64,000 bases of DNA, taken from NCBI GenBank assembly GCA_023663635.1, contig JAMPHD010000001.1, positions 390,383-454,382 on the forward strand. The letters run 5' to 3'. The position numbers and the translations under genes are program-made. The DNA is from Acetatifactor muris (GTDB lineage Bacteria > Bacillota > Clostridia > Lachnospirales > Lachnospiraceae). Below, one piece after another: positions 1 through 9,630 of the stretch; positions within the stretch are counted from its first letter, which is position 1, and each line of letters starts with the position of its first letter. The notes under the pieces are model-generated. The model had not been told where the DNA came from, made no database searches, and was given only the letters and a program-made list of their open reading frames with translations.

Positions 1-984
1 ACGGAGAACGCGGGAATCCGGATGGAGCGGGAGGATCCCTTTCGCGTGGGCGTGATCGTGGGATCGGGCATAGGCAGTCTGCAGGCCACGGAGTCAGCGG
101 TGGCGAAACTGCGCGACAAGGGGCCCGGCAGGGTGGATCCGCTGTTGGTTCCCAAGATGATCTCCAATATGGCGGCGGGCAATGTGTCCATCGCCACCGG
201 AGCCAGAGGCAAATGCACCAATGTGGTGACGGCCTGTGCCACGGGCACCCACTGTATCGGCGACGCGTTTCGGGCCATCGCGTACAATGACGCGGACGTG
301 ATGATCGCGGGGGGAACGGAGGCGGCCATCTGTCCTATCGGCGTGGCGGGATTTCTGTCATTGACCGCGCTGAGCACCTCGGAGGACCCGAGACGCGCCT
401 CCATCCCTTTTGACAAAGATCGGAGCGGTTTTGTCATGGGAGAGGGCGCCGGGATCGTGATCCTGGAGGAACTGGAACATGCCCTGCGGAGAGGAGCCGA
501 TATTCTGGCGGAGGTGGTGGGTTACGGCGCCACGGGGGACGCGTGGCATATCACTTCTCCCATAGAGGACGGCAGCGGCGCCGCGAGAGCCATGTCGGAT
601 GCCATGGCCGAGGCGGGGGTCAGGCCGGAAGATGTGGATTATATCAACGCGCACGGCACGGGAACCCATCACAACGATCTGTTTGAGACCAGAGCCATCA
701 AGGCGGCTTTCGGCGACGCGGCATACGGTTTGAAAGTAAATTCCACCAAATCCATGGTGGGACATCTCCTGGGAGCGGCGGGCGGCGTGGAATTCATCGT
801 CTGTGTCAAGAGCATTCTGGACGGCTTTATCCATCAGACCATGGGGACCGCGCAGGTGGATGAAGAATTGGATTTGGATTATGTGATCGGAGCTCCGGTG
901 GAGCAGAAGATCCGCTATGCCATGAGTAATTCTCTGGGATTCGGCGGTCATAACGCCTCGCTTTTGATCAAAAAATATGAGTGA
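1..984 (+). CDS. fabF: beta-ketoacyl-ACP synthase II (FabF), 3' part; the 5' end lies outside the window
   Basis: The C-terminal KAS domain carries the HGTGT and GHxxGAAG motifs typical of FabF/KAS II. It sits upstream of accB-fabZ-accC, as in Clostridial fab clusters. Confidence 0.88.
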   Translation, partial: TENAGIRMEREDPFRVGVIVGSGIGSLQATESAVAKLRDKGPGRVDPLLVPKMISNMAAGNVSIATGARGKCTNVVTACATGTHCIGDAFRAIAYNDADVMIAGGTEAAICPIGVAGFLSLTALSTSEDPRRASIPFDKDRSGFVMGEGAGIVILEELEHALRRGADILAEVVGYGATGDAWHITSPIEDGSGAARAMSDAMAEAGVRPEDVDYINAHGTGTHHNDLFETRAIKAAFGDAAYGLKVNSTKSMVGHLLGAAGGVEFIVCVKSILDGFIHQTMGTAQVDEELDLDYVIGAPVEQKIRYAMSNSLGFGGHNASLLIKKYE

Positions 985-1002
985 GACAGGGGATGGAAAA
1001 TA

Positions 1003-1497
1003 ATGGAATCGGAGAAGTTGGAATTTGAGCAGCTCTTGCAACTGATGGATCATGTGGCGGCTGCGGATCTGAATTCTTTTACCTATGAGTCGGATACGTT
1101 TCGGTTGACCATGAAACGCAAACAGCCCCGAAATAAATCCGGGAAGAACCGTTGTGCGCAGGGACCGGCAGACGCGCAGGGCAAAGAGCAGAGCAGCGCT
1201 CCCGTTCCCACGGCAGTCATCGGGGGAGAGCCGACATCGGACGAGGCCGGCGGGATGCCTGCGGGCAAGGTTGTGACATCCCCTCTGGTGGGCACTTTCT
1301 ATGTGGCGCCGGCGCAGGGGGAGGAACCCTTTGTGCGCGTGGGGGACAGCGTGAAGGCCGGGCAGGTGTTGGGCATTGTGGAGGCCATGAAACTGATGAA
1401 CGATATCGAGAGTGAATTTGACGGTGTGGTGGTCAAAATCCTGGTGCAGGACGGAGAGCCGGTGGAGTACGGACAGCCGCTGTTCTGTATCGGGTGA
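1003..1497 (+). CDS. accB: acetyl-CoA carboxylase biotin carboxyl carrier protein
   Basis: The C-terminal biotinyl domain has the EAMKLMN (biotin-lysine) motif. There is a Pro/Ala-rich linker. It lies in a fab/acc cluster. Confidence 0.88.
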   Translation: MESEKLEFEQLLQLMDHVAAADLNSFTYESDTFRLTMKRKQPRNKSGKNRCAQGPADAQGKEQSSAPVPTAVIGGEPTSDEAGGMPAGKVVTSPLVGTFYVAPAQGEEPFVRVGDSVKAGQVLGIVEAMKLMNDIESEFDGVVVKILVQDGEPVEYGQPLFCIG

Positions 1498-1510
1498 ACG
1501 GGAGGTCAAA

Positions 1511-1942
1511 ATGAACGCGTTGAATGTGAAACAGATAGAGGAGATCCTGCCTCATCGCCATCCGTTTTTGCTGTTGGACGGCATTGAGGACTATGTGCCG
1601 GGCGAGTACGCGGTAGGCTATAAATGCGTGACTTTTCGGGAGGATTTCTTTGCGGGACATTTTCCCGAAGAGCCTGTGATGCCGGGAGTGCTGATCCTGG
1701 AGGCATTGGCGCAGACCGGGGCGGTGGCGATCCTCTCTCTGCCGGAGAACAAGGGCAAGATCGCCTATTTTGGCGGTGTGGACCGCTGCAGATTCAAGGG
1801 AAAAGTGGCGCCGGGAGACCGTCTCCGTCTGGAGACTCGGATCATCCGACGGAAGGGACCCGTGGGCGTGGGAGAGGCCAAAGCTTATGTGGGAGACAGG
1901 CTTGTGGCGAAAGCGGAATTGACCTTTGCGGTGGGCATGTAG
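1511..1942 (+). CDS. fabZ: 3-hydroxyacyl-ACP dehydratase FabZ
   Basis: A GGAGG ribosome-binding site sits at 1501-1505. The hotdog fold has the PHRxPFLLLD and FFxGHFP motifs. Confidence 0.9.
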   Translation: MNALNVKQIEEILPHRHPFLLLDGIEDYVPGEYAVGYKCVTFREDFFAGHFPEEPVMPGVLILEALAQTGAVAILSLPENKGKIAYFGGVDRCRFKGKVAPGDRLRLETRIIRRKGPVGVGEAKAYVGDRLVAKAELTFAVGM

Positions 1943-1958
1943 GAGTGGGAGACGGAAC

Positions 1959-3320
1959 ATGATTCGTAAATTGTTGATCGCCAACCGGGGTGAGATTGCC
2001 GTGCGGATCATCCGGGCGTGCAGGGAATTGGGAATAGAGACGGTGGCCGTGTACTCGGACGCGGACGCGGACAGTCTGCACTCCGAACTGGCGGACGAGG
2101 CGGTCTGTATCGGCCCCGGACCCGCCGCGGAGAGTTATCTGAATATGGAGAGGATCATGAGCGCCGCCATGATCACCGGCGCGGACGCCATTCATCCGGG
2201 ATATGGTTTCCTCTCGGAAAATGCCCGCTTTGCCGAGCTGTGTGAGCGCTGTAACATGGTCTTCGTGGGACCGCCCTCGGAGGTCATAGCCGCCTTGGGG
2301 AATAAACAGGCGGCCCGCAACACGATGCGGGAGGCGGGGGTGCCGGTGATCCCGGGAACGGACCGTCCGGTGACCGAAGCGGAGGAAGGCCTCGCGTTGG
2401 CGGAACGGATCGGATGGCCCGTCATCGTGAAGGCGGTGTCGGGAGGAGGCGGCAAAGGCATGCGCACGGCTCACTCGGCGGATGAGTTTGCCAAAGCTTT
2501 TCTCACCGCGCAGAAGGAGGCCCGGGCGGCCTTTGGGGACGACAGTATGTATCTGGAGCATTTTGTGGAGCATCCCAGACATATCGAGTTCCAGATTCTG
2601 GCGGACCATAAGGGAAATGTGGTGCATCTGGGGGAGCGGGACTGTTCCATACAGAGAAAGCACCAGAAGATGATAGAGGAAGCGCCGTCTCCGGCGGTGT
2701 CCCCCGCCCTGCGGGAGCGCATGGGAGGGATGGCGGTGCGGGCGGCCAAGGCGGCGCGTTACGTCAGCGCGGGCACCATTGAATTTCTGTTGGAGGAGGA
2801 CGGGAGCTTTTATTTCATGGAGATGAACACCCGCATTCAGGTGGAGCATCCCGTGACGGAGTGGGTGACGGGCATCGATCTGATCAAAGAACAGATCCGG
2901 ATCGCATCGGGGGAAAGTCTCGGCATCCGTCAGCAGGATGTGCAGATCAGGGGACATGCCATAGAGTGCCGCATCAACGCGGAGGATCCCGGGAAGAATT
3001 TCAGACCCTCCCCGGGGCAGATCTCCACGCTGCATTTGCCGGGAGGACAGGGCATCCGCGTGGACACGGGCATCTACAGCGGTTACCGGATTCCGACATA
3101 CTATGATTCCATGCTCGCCAAGCTGATCGTGTACGGGGAGGACAGGCCGCGCGCCATCGCCAAGATGCTCAGCGCCATGGGCGAGGTGATCATAGGCGGG
3201 ATAGACACCAATGTGGACTATCAGTTTGAGATCCTGAGCGACAGGGACTATCAGGCGGGCAATATCAATGTGGATTTTTTGAAGGATCATGAAATCGGTG
3301 GTGTGAAGATTGAAGAATAA
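1959..3320 (+). CDS. accC: acetyl-CoA carboxylase biotin carboxylase subunit
   Basis: The MIRKLLIANRGEIAVRIIRAC N-terminus, ATP-grasp motifs and EMNTRIQVEHPVTE are hallmarks of biotin carboxylase. Confidence 0.92.
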   Translation: MIRKLLIANRGEIAVRIIRACRELGIETVAVYSDADADSLHSELADEAVCIGPGPAAESYLNMERIMSAAMITGADAIHPGYGFLSENARFAELCERCNMVFVGPPSEVIAALGNKQAARNTMREAGVPVIPGTDRPVTEAEEGLALAERIGWPVIVKAVSGGGGKGMRTAHSADEFAKAFLTAQKEARAAFGDDSMYLEHFVEHPRHIEFQILADHKGNVVHLGERDCSIQRKHQKMIEEAPSPAVSPALRERMGGMAVRAAKAARYVSAGTIEFLLEEDGSFYFMEMNTRIQVEHPVTEWVTGIDLIKEQIRIASGESLGIRQQDVQIRGHAIECRINAEDPGKNFRPSPGQISTLHLPGGQGIRVDTGIYSGYRIPTYYDSMLAKLIVYGEDRPRAIAKMLSAMGEVIIGGIDTNVDYQFEILSDRDYQAGNINVDFLKDHEIGGVKIEE

Positions 3321-5094
3321 TCATTTATTTAAGAAGACGGTGAGATACATTCCCCCGAGAGACGGGGCGGAGAGTGTGCCGGAGGTGCCGGCGGGACTTC
3401 TGCGCAGATGTAACGCCTGTAAGGCTGCGGTGTTTGTGGACGAGGTGAAGTCCAATGCCTACATCTGTCCCCGCTGCCACAATTACTTTCGCGTTCCCGC
3501 CCCTGTCAGGCTGTCTCAAGTGACGGATGAGGGGAGTTTCGAGGAGTGGGACAGGGAGCTCGTCTTCTCCAATCCGCTGCATTATAAGGGATACCGGGAA
3601 AAGGTGCAGGAGCTGCGGGAGAGGACGGGGCTGCAGGAGGCCGTGGTCACGGGGAAGGCGATGGTCGGGGGATTTCCCGCGGCGCTTGGCGTCATGGACG
3701 GAAGATTTCTCATGGCCAGCATGGGTGAGATCGTGGGGGAGAAGATCGCGAGGGTCTTCGAGCGGGCCACGAAGGAGCGCCTGCCGGTGATCCTGTTCGC
3801 CTGTTCCGGCGGAGCCAGAATGCAGGAGGGCATGATCTCCCTCATGCAGATGGCCAAGACTTCCGCCGCCGTCAGAAGGCATGGCGAGGCGGGGCTTTTA
3901 TACATCACGGTGCTGACGGATCCCACCACGGGTGGCGTGACGGCGAGTTTTGCCATGTTGGGAGACATTATCCTGGCGGAACCGGGGGCTTTGATCGGAT
4001 TTGCCGGGCCCAGAGTCATCGAACAGACCATTCGCCGGAAATTGCCAAAAGGTTTTCAGCGGGCGGAATTTCTGTTGGAACACGGCTTTTTGGACGCCAT
4101 TGTGCCCAGGGAGGAGATGCGGGAGACTTTGACGGAGATCCTGCGACTGCATTCCCGAGACCGGGAGGCGATCCGGGATGATCTGCGCGCCCTGCAAAAA
4201 AGTACCGGACAGGACTGGGGCGGAGAGGATATAATAGTTGGAGAGGATACAACAGTCAGAGAGGATGCGATCGCCCCGGAAAATGAATATACGCCCGCGG
4301 GCGCATGGGAGCATGTGCAGCTCGCCCGGGATAAGAGGCGTCCCACGGGGCAGGATTATATAGAGAAACTGTTTCCGGATTTTATGGAATGGCACGGAGA
4401 CAGATACCTTCGGGATGATCCGGCCGTGGTGGGTGGGATTGCCACTTTTCACGGGATTCCCGTGACGGTCATCGCCCAGGAGAAGGGAGAGGGCACCAAG
4501 GGCTGCATTGCCCGCAATTTCGGCATGGTCTCCCCTGACGGCTATCGCAAATCGCTGAGATTGGCAAAGCAGGCCGAGAAGTTCGGCCGCCCCGTTATCT
4601 TTCTGGTGGATACGCCGGGGGCTTTCTGCGGTATGGAGGCCGAGGAGCAGGGACAGGGCGAGGCGATCGCGCGCAATATCAGTGAATTATTCGGCATTCG
4701 TGTGCCCATTCTCTCCATCGTGATCGGAGAGGGCGGGAGCGGCGGGGCGTTGGCATTCGCCGTGGCGGACGAGGTGTGGATGTTGGAATACGCGGTGTAT
4801 TCCATTCTCTCCCCGGAAGGGTTTGCCTCCATTTTGTGGAAGGACGGATCCCGCGCGAAGGAGGCGGCAGAGTTGATGAAACTCACCGCGTCGGATCTGC
4901 GCCAAATGGGGATCGTGGAGCGTGTGGTGAGGGAGAGGGGGACTTTCCCCGAGAAGGAAGGATTCTCCAGGGAGACGATGGGGGGCGTGGCTGCCGCGCT
5001 GGAGCGGGAGATCGCGCGTTTCCTCAGCGAGTACGGCGAACGGGACGCGGAAGAATTGCTTGAGAGGCGATATCAAAGATTTCGCAGATTTTGA
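3310..5094 (+). CDS. accDA: acetyl-CoA carboxylase carboxyltransferase, fused beta (AccD) and alpha (AccA) subunits
   Basis: The N-terminal AccD zinc ribbon reads CxxC...CPRCHNYF. The C-terminal AccA-like half has a GGSGGALA-type motif. One 594-aa ORF has a TTG start overlapping the accC stop. Confidence 0.82.
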   Translation: MKNNHLFKKTVRYIPPRDGAESVPEVPAGLLRRCNACKAAVFVDEVKSNAYICPRCHNYFRVPAPVRLSQVTDEGSFEEWDRELVFSNPLHYKGYREKVQELRERTGLQEAVVTGKAMVGGFPAALGVMDGRFLMASMGEIVGEKIARVFERATKERLPVILFACSGGARMQEGMISLMQMAKTSAAVRRHGEAGLLYITVLTDPTTGGVTASFAMLGDIILAEPGALIGFAGPRVIEQTIRRKLPKGFQRAEFLLEHGFLDAIVPREEMRETLTEILRLHSRDREAIRDDLRALQKSTGQDWGGEDIIVGEDTTVREDAIAPENEYTPAGAWEHVQLARDKRRPTGQDYIEKLFPDFMEWHGDRYLRDDPAVVGGIATFHGIPVTVIAQEKGEGTKGCIARNFGMVSPDGYRKSLRLAKQAEKFGRPVIFLVDTPGAFCGMEAEEQGQGEAIARNISELFGIRVPILSIVIGEGGSGGALAFAVADEVWMLEYAVYSILSPEGFASILWKDGSRAKEAAELMKLTASDLRQMGIVERVVRERGTFPEKEGFSRETMGGVAAALEREIARFLSEYGERDAEELLERRYQRFRRF

Positions 5095-5110
5095 GGATGG
5101 TGAGGAGTTT

Positions 5111-5554
5111 ATGGACAGTCGGGAAGTGTTTAATGATGTGTTGGTGCATCTTTTTAATGAGATCATGCGTCTGGAGGAGGATGTGATCATCACGGAGGAA
5201 TACAGTGATATCACGAACAATGAGATGCATGTGATAGACGCCGTGGGTCCCGAGGGAGGCAATATGTCCGCCATCGCGGCCAAACTGCGCATTACCGTGG
5301 GATCGCTGACCACTTCCATGAACGGCCTCGTGTCCAAGGGATATGCGGAGAGACAGCGCAGCGAGGAGGACCGCAGAGTGGTCAATGTGCGGCTCACGGA
5401 CAAGGGGCGCAAAGCCTATGAGAAACACAGGGAATACCATATGCAGATGATAGATGCCATGATGCGGACCATGGACGAGGAGGAGATTCCCGTTCTCGCC
5501 AAGGCGCTCATGGGCCTGAAGGATTTCTTTTATCAATACAAAAAATCTCTCTAA
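5111..5554 (+). CDS. MarR-family transcriptional regulator
   Basis: It has a winged-HTH MarR-like core (GSLTTSMNGLVSKGYAERQRSEEDRRVVNVRLTDKGR). A ribosome-binding site (GAGGAG) precedes the ATG at 5111. It sits at the end of the fab cluster, where FapR/MarR-type regulators are often found. Confidence 0.65.
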   Translation: MDSREVFNDVLVHLFNEIMRLEEDVIITEEYSDITNNEMHVIDAVGPEGGNMSAIAAKLRITVGSLTTSMNGLVSKGYAERQRSEEDRRVVNVRLTDKGRKAYEKHREYHMQMIDAMMRTMDEEEIPVLAKALMGLKDFFYQYKKSL

Positions 5555-5568
5555 TTTCAAAAAAATGG

Positions 5569-5596
5569 TTGACGGGAATATATTTTATGCTATAAT
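5569..5596 (+). promoter_or_regulatory. sigma-A type promoter (TTGACG, 16-nt spacer, TGcTATAAT extended -10) upstream of rpsU
   Basis: Direct read: ttgacgggaatatattttatgctataat. Confidence 0.5.
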
Positions 5597-5680
5597 GTGT
5601 AATGTGTATGGCGTATCCCGTACATAGAATAACCCAATCAGTCATGTTACTAGAGGGACTGAAGGGAGGTCAGGTGCAGA

Positions 5681-5857
5681 ATGTCTAACGTAATCGTAAA
5701 AGAGAACGAGACTTTGGACAGCGCATTGCGTCGCTTCAAGAGAAGTTGTGCTAAGGCGGGTATCCAGCAGGAGATTCGTAAAAGAGAGCATTACGAGAAG
5801 CCCAGCGTAAAGCGCAAGAAGAAGTCTGAAGCGGCAAGAAAACGTAAATATAACTAA
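5681..5857 (+). CDS. rpsU: 30S ribosomal protein S21
   Basis: The 58-aa ORF ([58 protein letters not shown]) is not in the ORF track because it is under 60 aa. It shows the classic S21 sequence. A GAAGGGAGG ribosome-binding site lies upstream. Confidence 0.85.
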   Translation: MSNVIVKENETLDSALRRFKRSCAKAGIQQEIRKREHYEKPSVKRKKKSEAARKRKYN

Positions 5858-5862
5858 ACTGC

Positions 5863-5900
5863 AAATCCCTGGCCGATGCGACCGGGGATTTTGTAATTTT
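5863..5900 (+). terminator. rho-independent terminator after rpsU
   Basis: A hairpin (aaatccc...ggggattt) is followed by a T-rich tract. Confidence 0.5.
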
Positions 5901-5946
5901 ACAGATGGTTTTTAATACCGCGACAAGTCGTGAGGGAGAAGAGGAA

Positions 5947-6534
5947 ATGTGGACTAAAGAACTGTTTGGGACGGATGTGTACCACCTCGTCGCCGCTTTT
6001 GTGCTGTACAGCATGTTGGGATGGCTGGTGGAATCCATATACATGTCTTTCTGCAATCGTAAACTTACCAACAGAGGCTTTGGCAAGGGGCCGTTCTGCC
6101 CGATCTACGGTTTTGGCGCAGTGGCCGGATATCTGATCCTGAGACCTCTGAAAGGGCATTATGTGACACTGTATATCGTGGGAGCCGTTCTGGCCACGGT
6201 GTTTGAGTTTATCGTCGGCAAAGGGATGATCCTGTTTCTGGGGGATCTCTGGTGGGATTACAATGACAAGCCTTTGAACTACAAGGGGATCATCTGTCTG
6301 GAGAGCACCATCGCATGGGGATTTTACGCCATCGGCATCATTCAGTTTGTCAATGCGGGTGTGTACCGGCTCATCGACAGGGTGGATTACCGCACGGGCA
6401 TCCGCCTGATCTCGGCGGCGTTGGCTCTGGTGGTGATCGACTACAGCGTTCAGCTCATCAGAGTGTTCGACATTGACCTGCATGAGAAAAAGGAACGTCT
6501 CATAGAGAGGTATCACGCCTTTATGAACCGATAA
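5947..6534 (+). CDS. integral membrane protein (hypothetical)
   Basis: It has several hydrophobic helices and a GxxxCPIYGFGA motif. The start was chosen at the ATG preceded by GAGGGAGAAGAGG. Confidence 0.45.
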   Translation: MWTKELFGTDVYHLVAAFVLYSMLGWLVESIYMSFCNRKLTNRGFGKGPFCPIYGFGAVAGYLILRPLKGHYVTLYIVGAVLATVFEFIVGKGMILFLGDLWWDYNDKPLNYKGIICLESTIAWGFYAIGIIQFVNAGVYRLIDRVDYRTGIRLISAALALVVIDYSVQLIRVFDIDLHEKKERLIERYHAFMNR

Positions 6535-6615
6535 AGTCCCAAAGAAAGAGGTATAACCGATGCCGCATTCCCATATTCTTTTAGTAGACAAAGAGAATGG
6601 GAGTGTGGCATTTTT

Positions 6616-7782
6616 ATGCGCAGAAGGATCACAAAATGTCTGCAGGCGATGGTCTTGGCGCTGCTCATGGCGGCAGCCCCCGTCCTTCCGGTCCGTGCGG
6701 AGCTCAATATCTCCACGCCTTCGGCGATCCTGATAGAGGCTTCGACCGGGGAGACCGTATATGAAAAGAACTCGACTGAGAGGCGAAGTCCGGCCAGCAT
6801 CACCAAGATCATGACGCTTCTCCTCACCTTTGAGGCTCTGGAGGGCGGCAGGGTGACATTGACGGACGAAGTGCTCGTCAGCGCTCACGCCGCCGGCATG
6901 GGAGGCTCGCAGGTCTTTCTGGCGGAGGGCGAGGTACAGACTTTGGAGACCATGATCAAGTGTATCGTGGTGTCCAGCGGCAATGACGCCAGCGTGGCGA
7001 TGGCGGAGCATCTGGCGGGCAGCGAGGAGGCCTTTGTGGAGAAGATGAATCAAAAGGCGGCGCAGCTGGGGATGGTTGACACGCATTTCGTGGATTGCTG
7101 CGGCCTGACGGACTCGGACGATCACTATTCCACCGCGAGGGATGTGGCCATCATGTCGAGAGAACTGATCACAAAATACCCGGAAATTTATCAGTACAGC
7201 ATGATCTGGATGGAGGACATCACCCATGTCACCAGGCAGGGGACGGTGAATTTTACCCTAAACAGCACCAACAAACTCCTGAAACAATATCAATACACCA
7301 CGGGCCTGAAGACGGGATCCACCTCCAAGGCAAAGTTCTGCATCTCCGCCACGGCCAACAAAGACGGCATAGATCTGATCGCCGTGGTGATGGGGGCGGA
7401 GACCGGGGCGAACCGCTTTCAGGACGCGCAGGTCATGTTGAGTTACGGGTTCAGTGTGTGCGATCTGTTTACCGACACCAACGAGGAGGAACTGCCCCAA
7501 ATGGAGATAAAGGGCGGCGTGAAACCGCAGGCCGCTCTGATGTATCAGGGGGAGTTCCGCTATCTGGATGTGGAGGGCAACGCGCTTGACAATGTGGAGA
7601 AGGTCATCGCGCTGCCGGAGAGTCAAAACGCGCCCGTGAAGGCGGGAACCGAGGCGGGCAGCGCCCAATATCTGCTGAACGGCGTGGAGATCGGGCGGGT
7701 TCCCATTCTGTACGCCGAGGATGTGGAGAAGGCCTCCTACGGAGATTATCTGAGACGGACGATCGGATATTTTCTGTTGTGA
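6616..7782 (+). CDS. D-alanyl-D-alanine carboxypeptidase (PBP5/DacA family serine peptidase S11)
   Basis: There is a signal peptide. The SITKIMT (SxxK), SSGND (SxN) and KTGST (KTG) motifs are present. Confidence 0.85.
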   Translation: MRRRITKCLQAMVLALLMAAAPVLPVRAELNISTPSAILIEASTGETVYEKNSTERRSPASITKIMTLLLTFEALEGGRVTLTDEVLVSAHAAGMGGSQVFLAEGEVQTLETMIKCIVVSSGNDASVAMAEHLAGSEEAFVEKMNQKAAQLGMVDTHFVDCCGLTDSDDHYSTARDVAIMSRELITKYPEIYQYSMIWMEDITHVTRQGTVNFTLNSTNKLLKQYQYTTGLKTGSTSKAKFCISATANKDGIDLIAVVMGAETGANRFQDAQVMLSYGFSVCDLFTDTNEEELPQMEIKGGVKPQAALMYQGEFRYLDVEGNALDNVEKVIALPESQNAPVKAGTEAGSAQYLLNGVEIGRVPILYAEDVEKASYGDYLRRTIGYFLL

Positions 7783-7836
7783 CGGAAGATAAAAATGTGA
7801 TACACTATATCATAAATACGGATCTGACGATGGAGA

Positions 7837-8721
7837 ATGCTTATGTGGAACATAGTGTTTACGGTGTTGTTTGTGATCGTATTGGTCTCTCTGTGGATCA
7901 TGATCTATGACGGCAATCGTTTTGTGGTGCGGGAGCATGTGTTTTGTGATGCCCGCATCCGCCGGAATGTCCGTGCCGTGGTGTTGGCGGATCTGCACAA
8001 CAAGCGGTACGGCAGGGATAATGAGAGACTGATCGCGGCAGTCAGGAAACTGGCGCCGGATATGATCCTGGTGGCGGGGGATCTGCTCACCGCCAGACGG
8101 GGAGCGGAGTTGGACACGGCTCTGCATCTGTTGGAGGAGCTTTCCAAGGATTATCCCATCTATTACGGAAACGGCAATCATGAACAGAGAATGGCATTGT
8201 ATCCCGAAGTATACGGGGATATGGCCGGGCGCTATGGCGAGGGGCTGCGCAAATTGGGCATCAGTCCCCTTGCCAACGCGCATGTGTGTCTTGCGGACTG
8301 CGGGATCACGATCTACGGCGCGGAGCTCGACAAATTTTATTACAAGCGTTTCCGCGTACAGCCCATGGATCCGGGCTATATGGAGTCGATCCTGGGCAAG
8401 CCGGACAAGTCCTCCTACAGCATCCTTCTGGCGCACAATCCGGACTATTTTCCCCGGTACGCGGACTGGGGCGCGGATCTGGTGTTGGCGGGGCATGTGC
8501 ATGGCGGACTGGTGCGCGTTCCCTTTTGGGGCAGAGGGGTGGCCTCCCCCAATATCAGGTTTTTCCCGAAATATGACGGGGGCAGGTTCGATGAGAAGGG
8601 CAGCGTCATGCTGGTGAGCCGGGGCTTGGGCGTACATACCATTCCCGTCAGGCTGTTCAATCCGGGCGAGATCCTGTGTCTGGAATTCAAAGGCGCGGAT
8701 CCGCAGGAACCGGGAATATAA
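7837..8721 (+). CDS. calcineurin-like metallophosphoesterase (YkuE-like), membrane-anchored
   Basis: There is an N-terminal TM helix. The GDLHN, GNHE and GHVHGG metal-binding motifs are present. Confidence 0.78.
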   Translation: MLMWNIVFTVLFVIVLVSLWIMIYDGNRFVVREHVFCDARIRRNVRAVVLADLHNKRYGRDNERLIAAVRKLAPDMILVAGDLLTARRGAELDTALHLLEELSKDYPIYYGNGNHEQRMALYPEVYGDMAGRYGEGLRKLGISPLANAHVCLADCGITIYGAELDKFYYKRFRVQPMDPGYMESILGKPDKSSYSILLAHNPDYFPRYADWGADLVLAGHVHGGLVRVPFWGRGVASPNIRFFPKYDGGRFDEKGSVMLVSRGLGVHTIPVRLFNPGEILCLEFKGADPQEPGI

Positions 8722-8803
8722 GTTCCCGGGGACCAAGAACGTAAGTTCAGCTTGAAATGAGGAGGCTTTCTCGGTAAAATAGTATCGTTGTGTGGAGGTA
8801 ACT

Positions 8804-9550
8804 ATGGCGATACCGGTAAAATTGGAGGCATTTGAGGGTCCTTTGGATCTGTTGCTTCATCTGATCGAGAAAAACAAAATAGACATCTACGATATCCCCA
8901 TTGTGGAGATCACGGAACAATATCTGGAGTATATCCGGCAGATGGAGAGGGAGGACATGAACGTGATGAGCGAGTTCCTTGTCATGGCGGCCACCCTGAT
9001 CGACATCAAATGCCGTATGCTTCTCCCCAAGGAAGTGAACGAGGAGGGGGAGGAGGAAGACCCGAGAGCGGAACTGGTGCAGAAACTGTTGGAATATAAA
9101 ATGTATAAGTACATGTCCCTGGAACTTCGGGACAGGCAGGTGGACGCGGCTCACAATCTCTACAGGGAACAGAGACTTCCCGAGGAGGTGGCGGCGTACA
9201 GACAGCCGCTTGACTATGAGGAACTGATCGGGGACATGACTCTCAATAAACTTCATGAGATCTTTAAGTCCGTGGTGCGCAGACAGGAGGACAAGATCGA
9301 TCCCATTCGCAGCCGGTATGGCAAGATCGAGAAAGAGGAGATCGACATGGACATCAAGATGCTCTATGTGGAGGCCTATGCCAGGGAGCACAGGCAGTTC
9401 AGTTTCCGCAAACTTTTGGAAAAACAGCGCAGCCGCGCGGAGATCATCGTGACTTTCCTCATCATTCTGGAACTGATGAAGACGGGCAAGATCTGCATCA
9501 GGCAGGAGGACATTTTTGACGATATCGTGATCACTTCCAATGTGGCGTGA
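8804..9550 (+). CDS. scpA: segregation and condensation protein A
   Basis: The N-terminus reads MAIPVKLEAFEGPLDLLLHLIEKNKIDIYDIPIVEITEQYLEYI, a canonical ScpA sequence. Confidence 0.85.
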   Translation: MAIPVKLEAFEGPLDLLLHLIEKNKIDIYDIPIVEITEQYLEYIRQMEREDMNVMSEFLVMAATLIDIKCRMLLPKEVNEEGEEEDPRAELVQKLLEYKMYKYMSLELRDRQVDAAHNLYREQRLPEEVAAYRQPLDYEELIGDMTLNKLHEIFKSVVRRQEDKIDPIRSRYGKIEKEEIDMDIKMLYVEAYAREHRQFSFRKLLEKQRSRAEIIVTFLIILELMKTGKICIRQEDIFDDIVITSNVA

Positions 9551-9630
9551 GAGTGGAGAGGATAAAAGTTTGAAAGTAAACTTTCAAATATTGATTGGTA
9601 TGCGTGCTGAAGCACGCCGGGGGTATAAGT

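Noticed and set aside
358-1509. 383-aa minus-strand ORF
   Set aside because: It is antisense to fabF/accB, which have clear conserved motifs. It is a typical long spurious ORF in high-GC DNA.
1842-3290. 482-aa minus-strand ORF
   Set aside because: It lies entirely antisense to accC (biotin carboxylase). It is Arg/Pro/His-rich with low complexity.
5899-7227. 442-aa minus-strand ORF
   Set aside because: It overlaps the membrane-protein and dacA genes on the opposite strand and has no motifs.
8710-8729. Hairpin ccgggaa-tataag-ttcccgg after the metallophosphoesterase gene as a terminator
   Set aside because: The stop codon lies in the loop and no T tract follows, so it is weak evidence for an intrinsic terminator.
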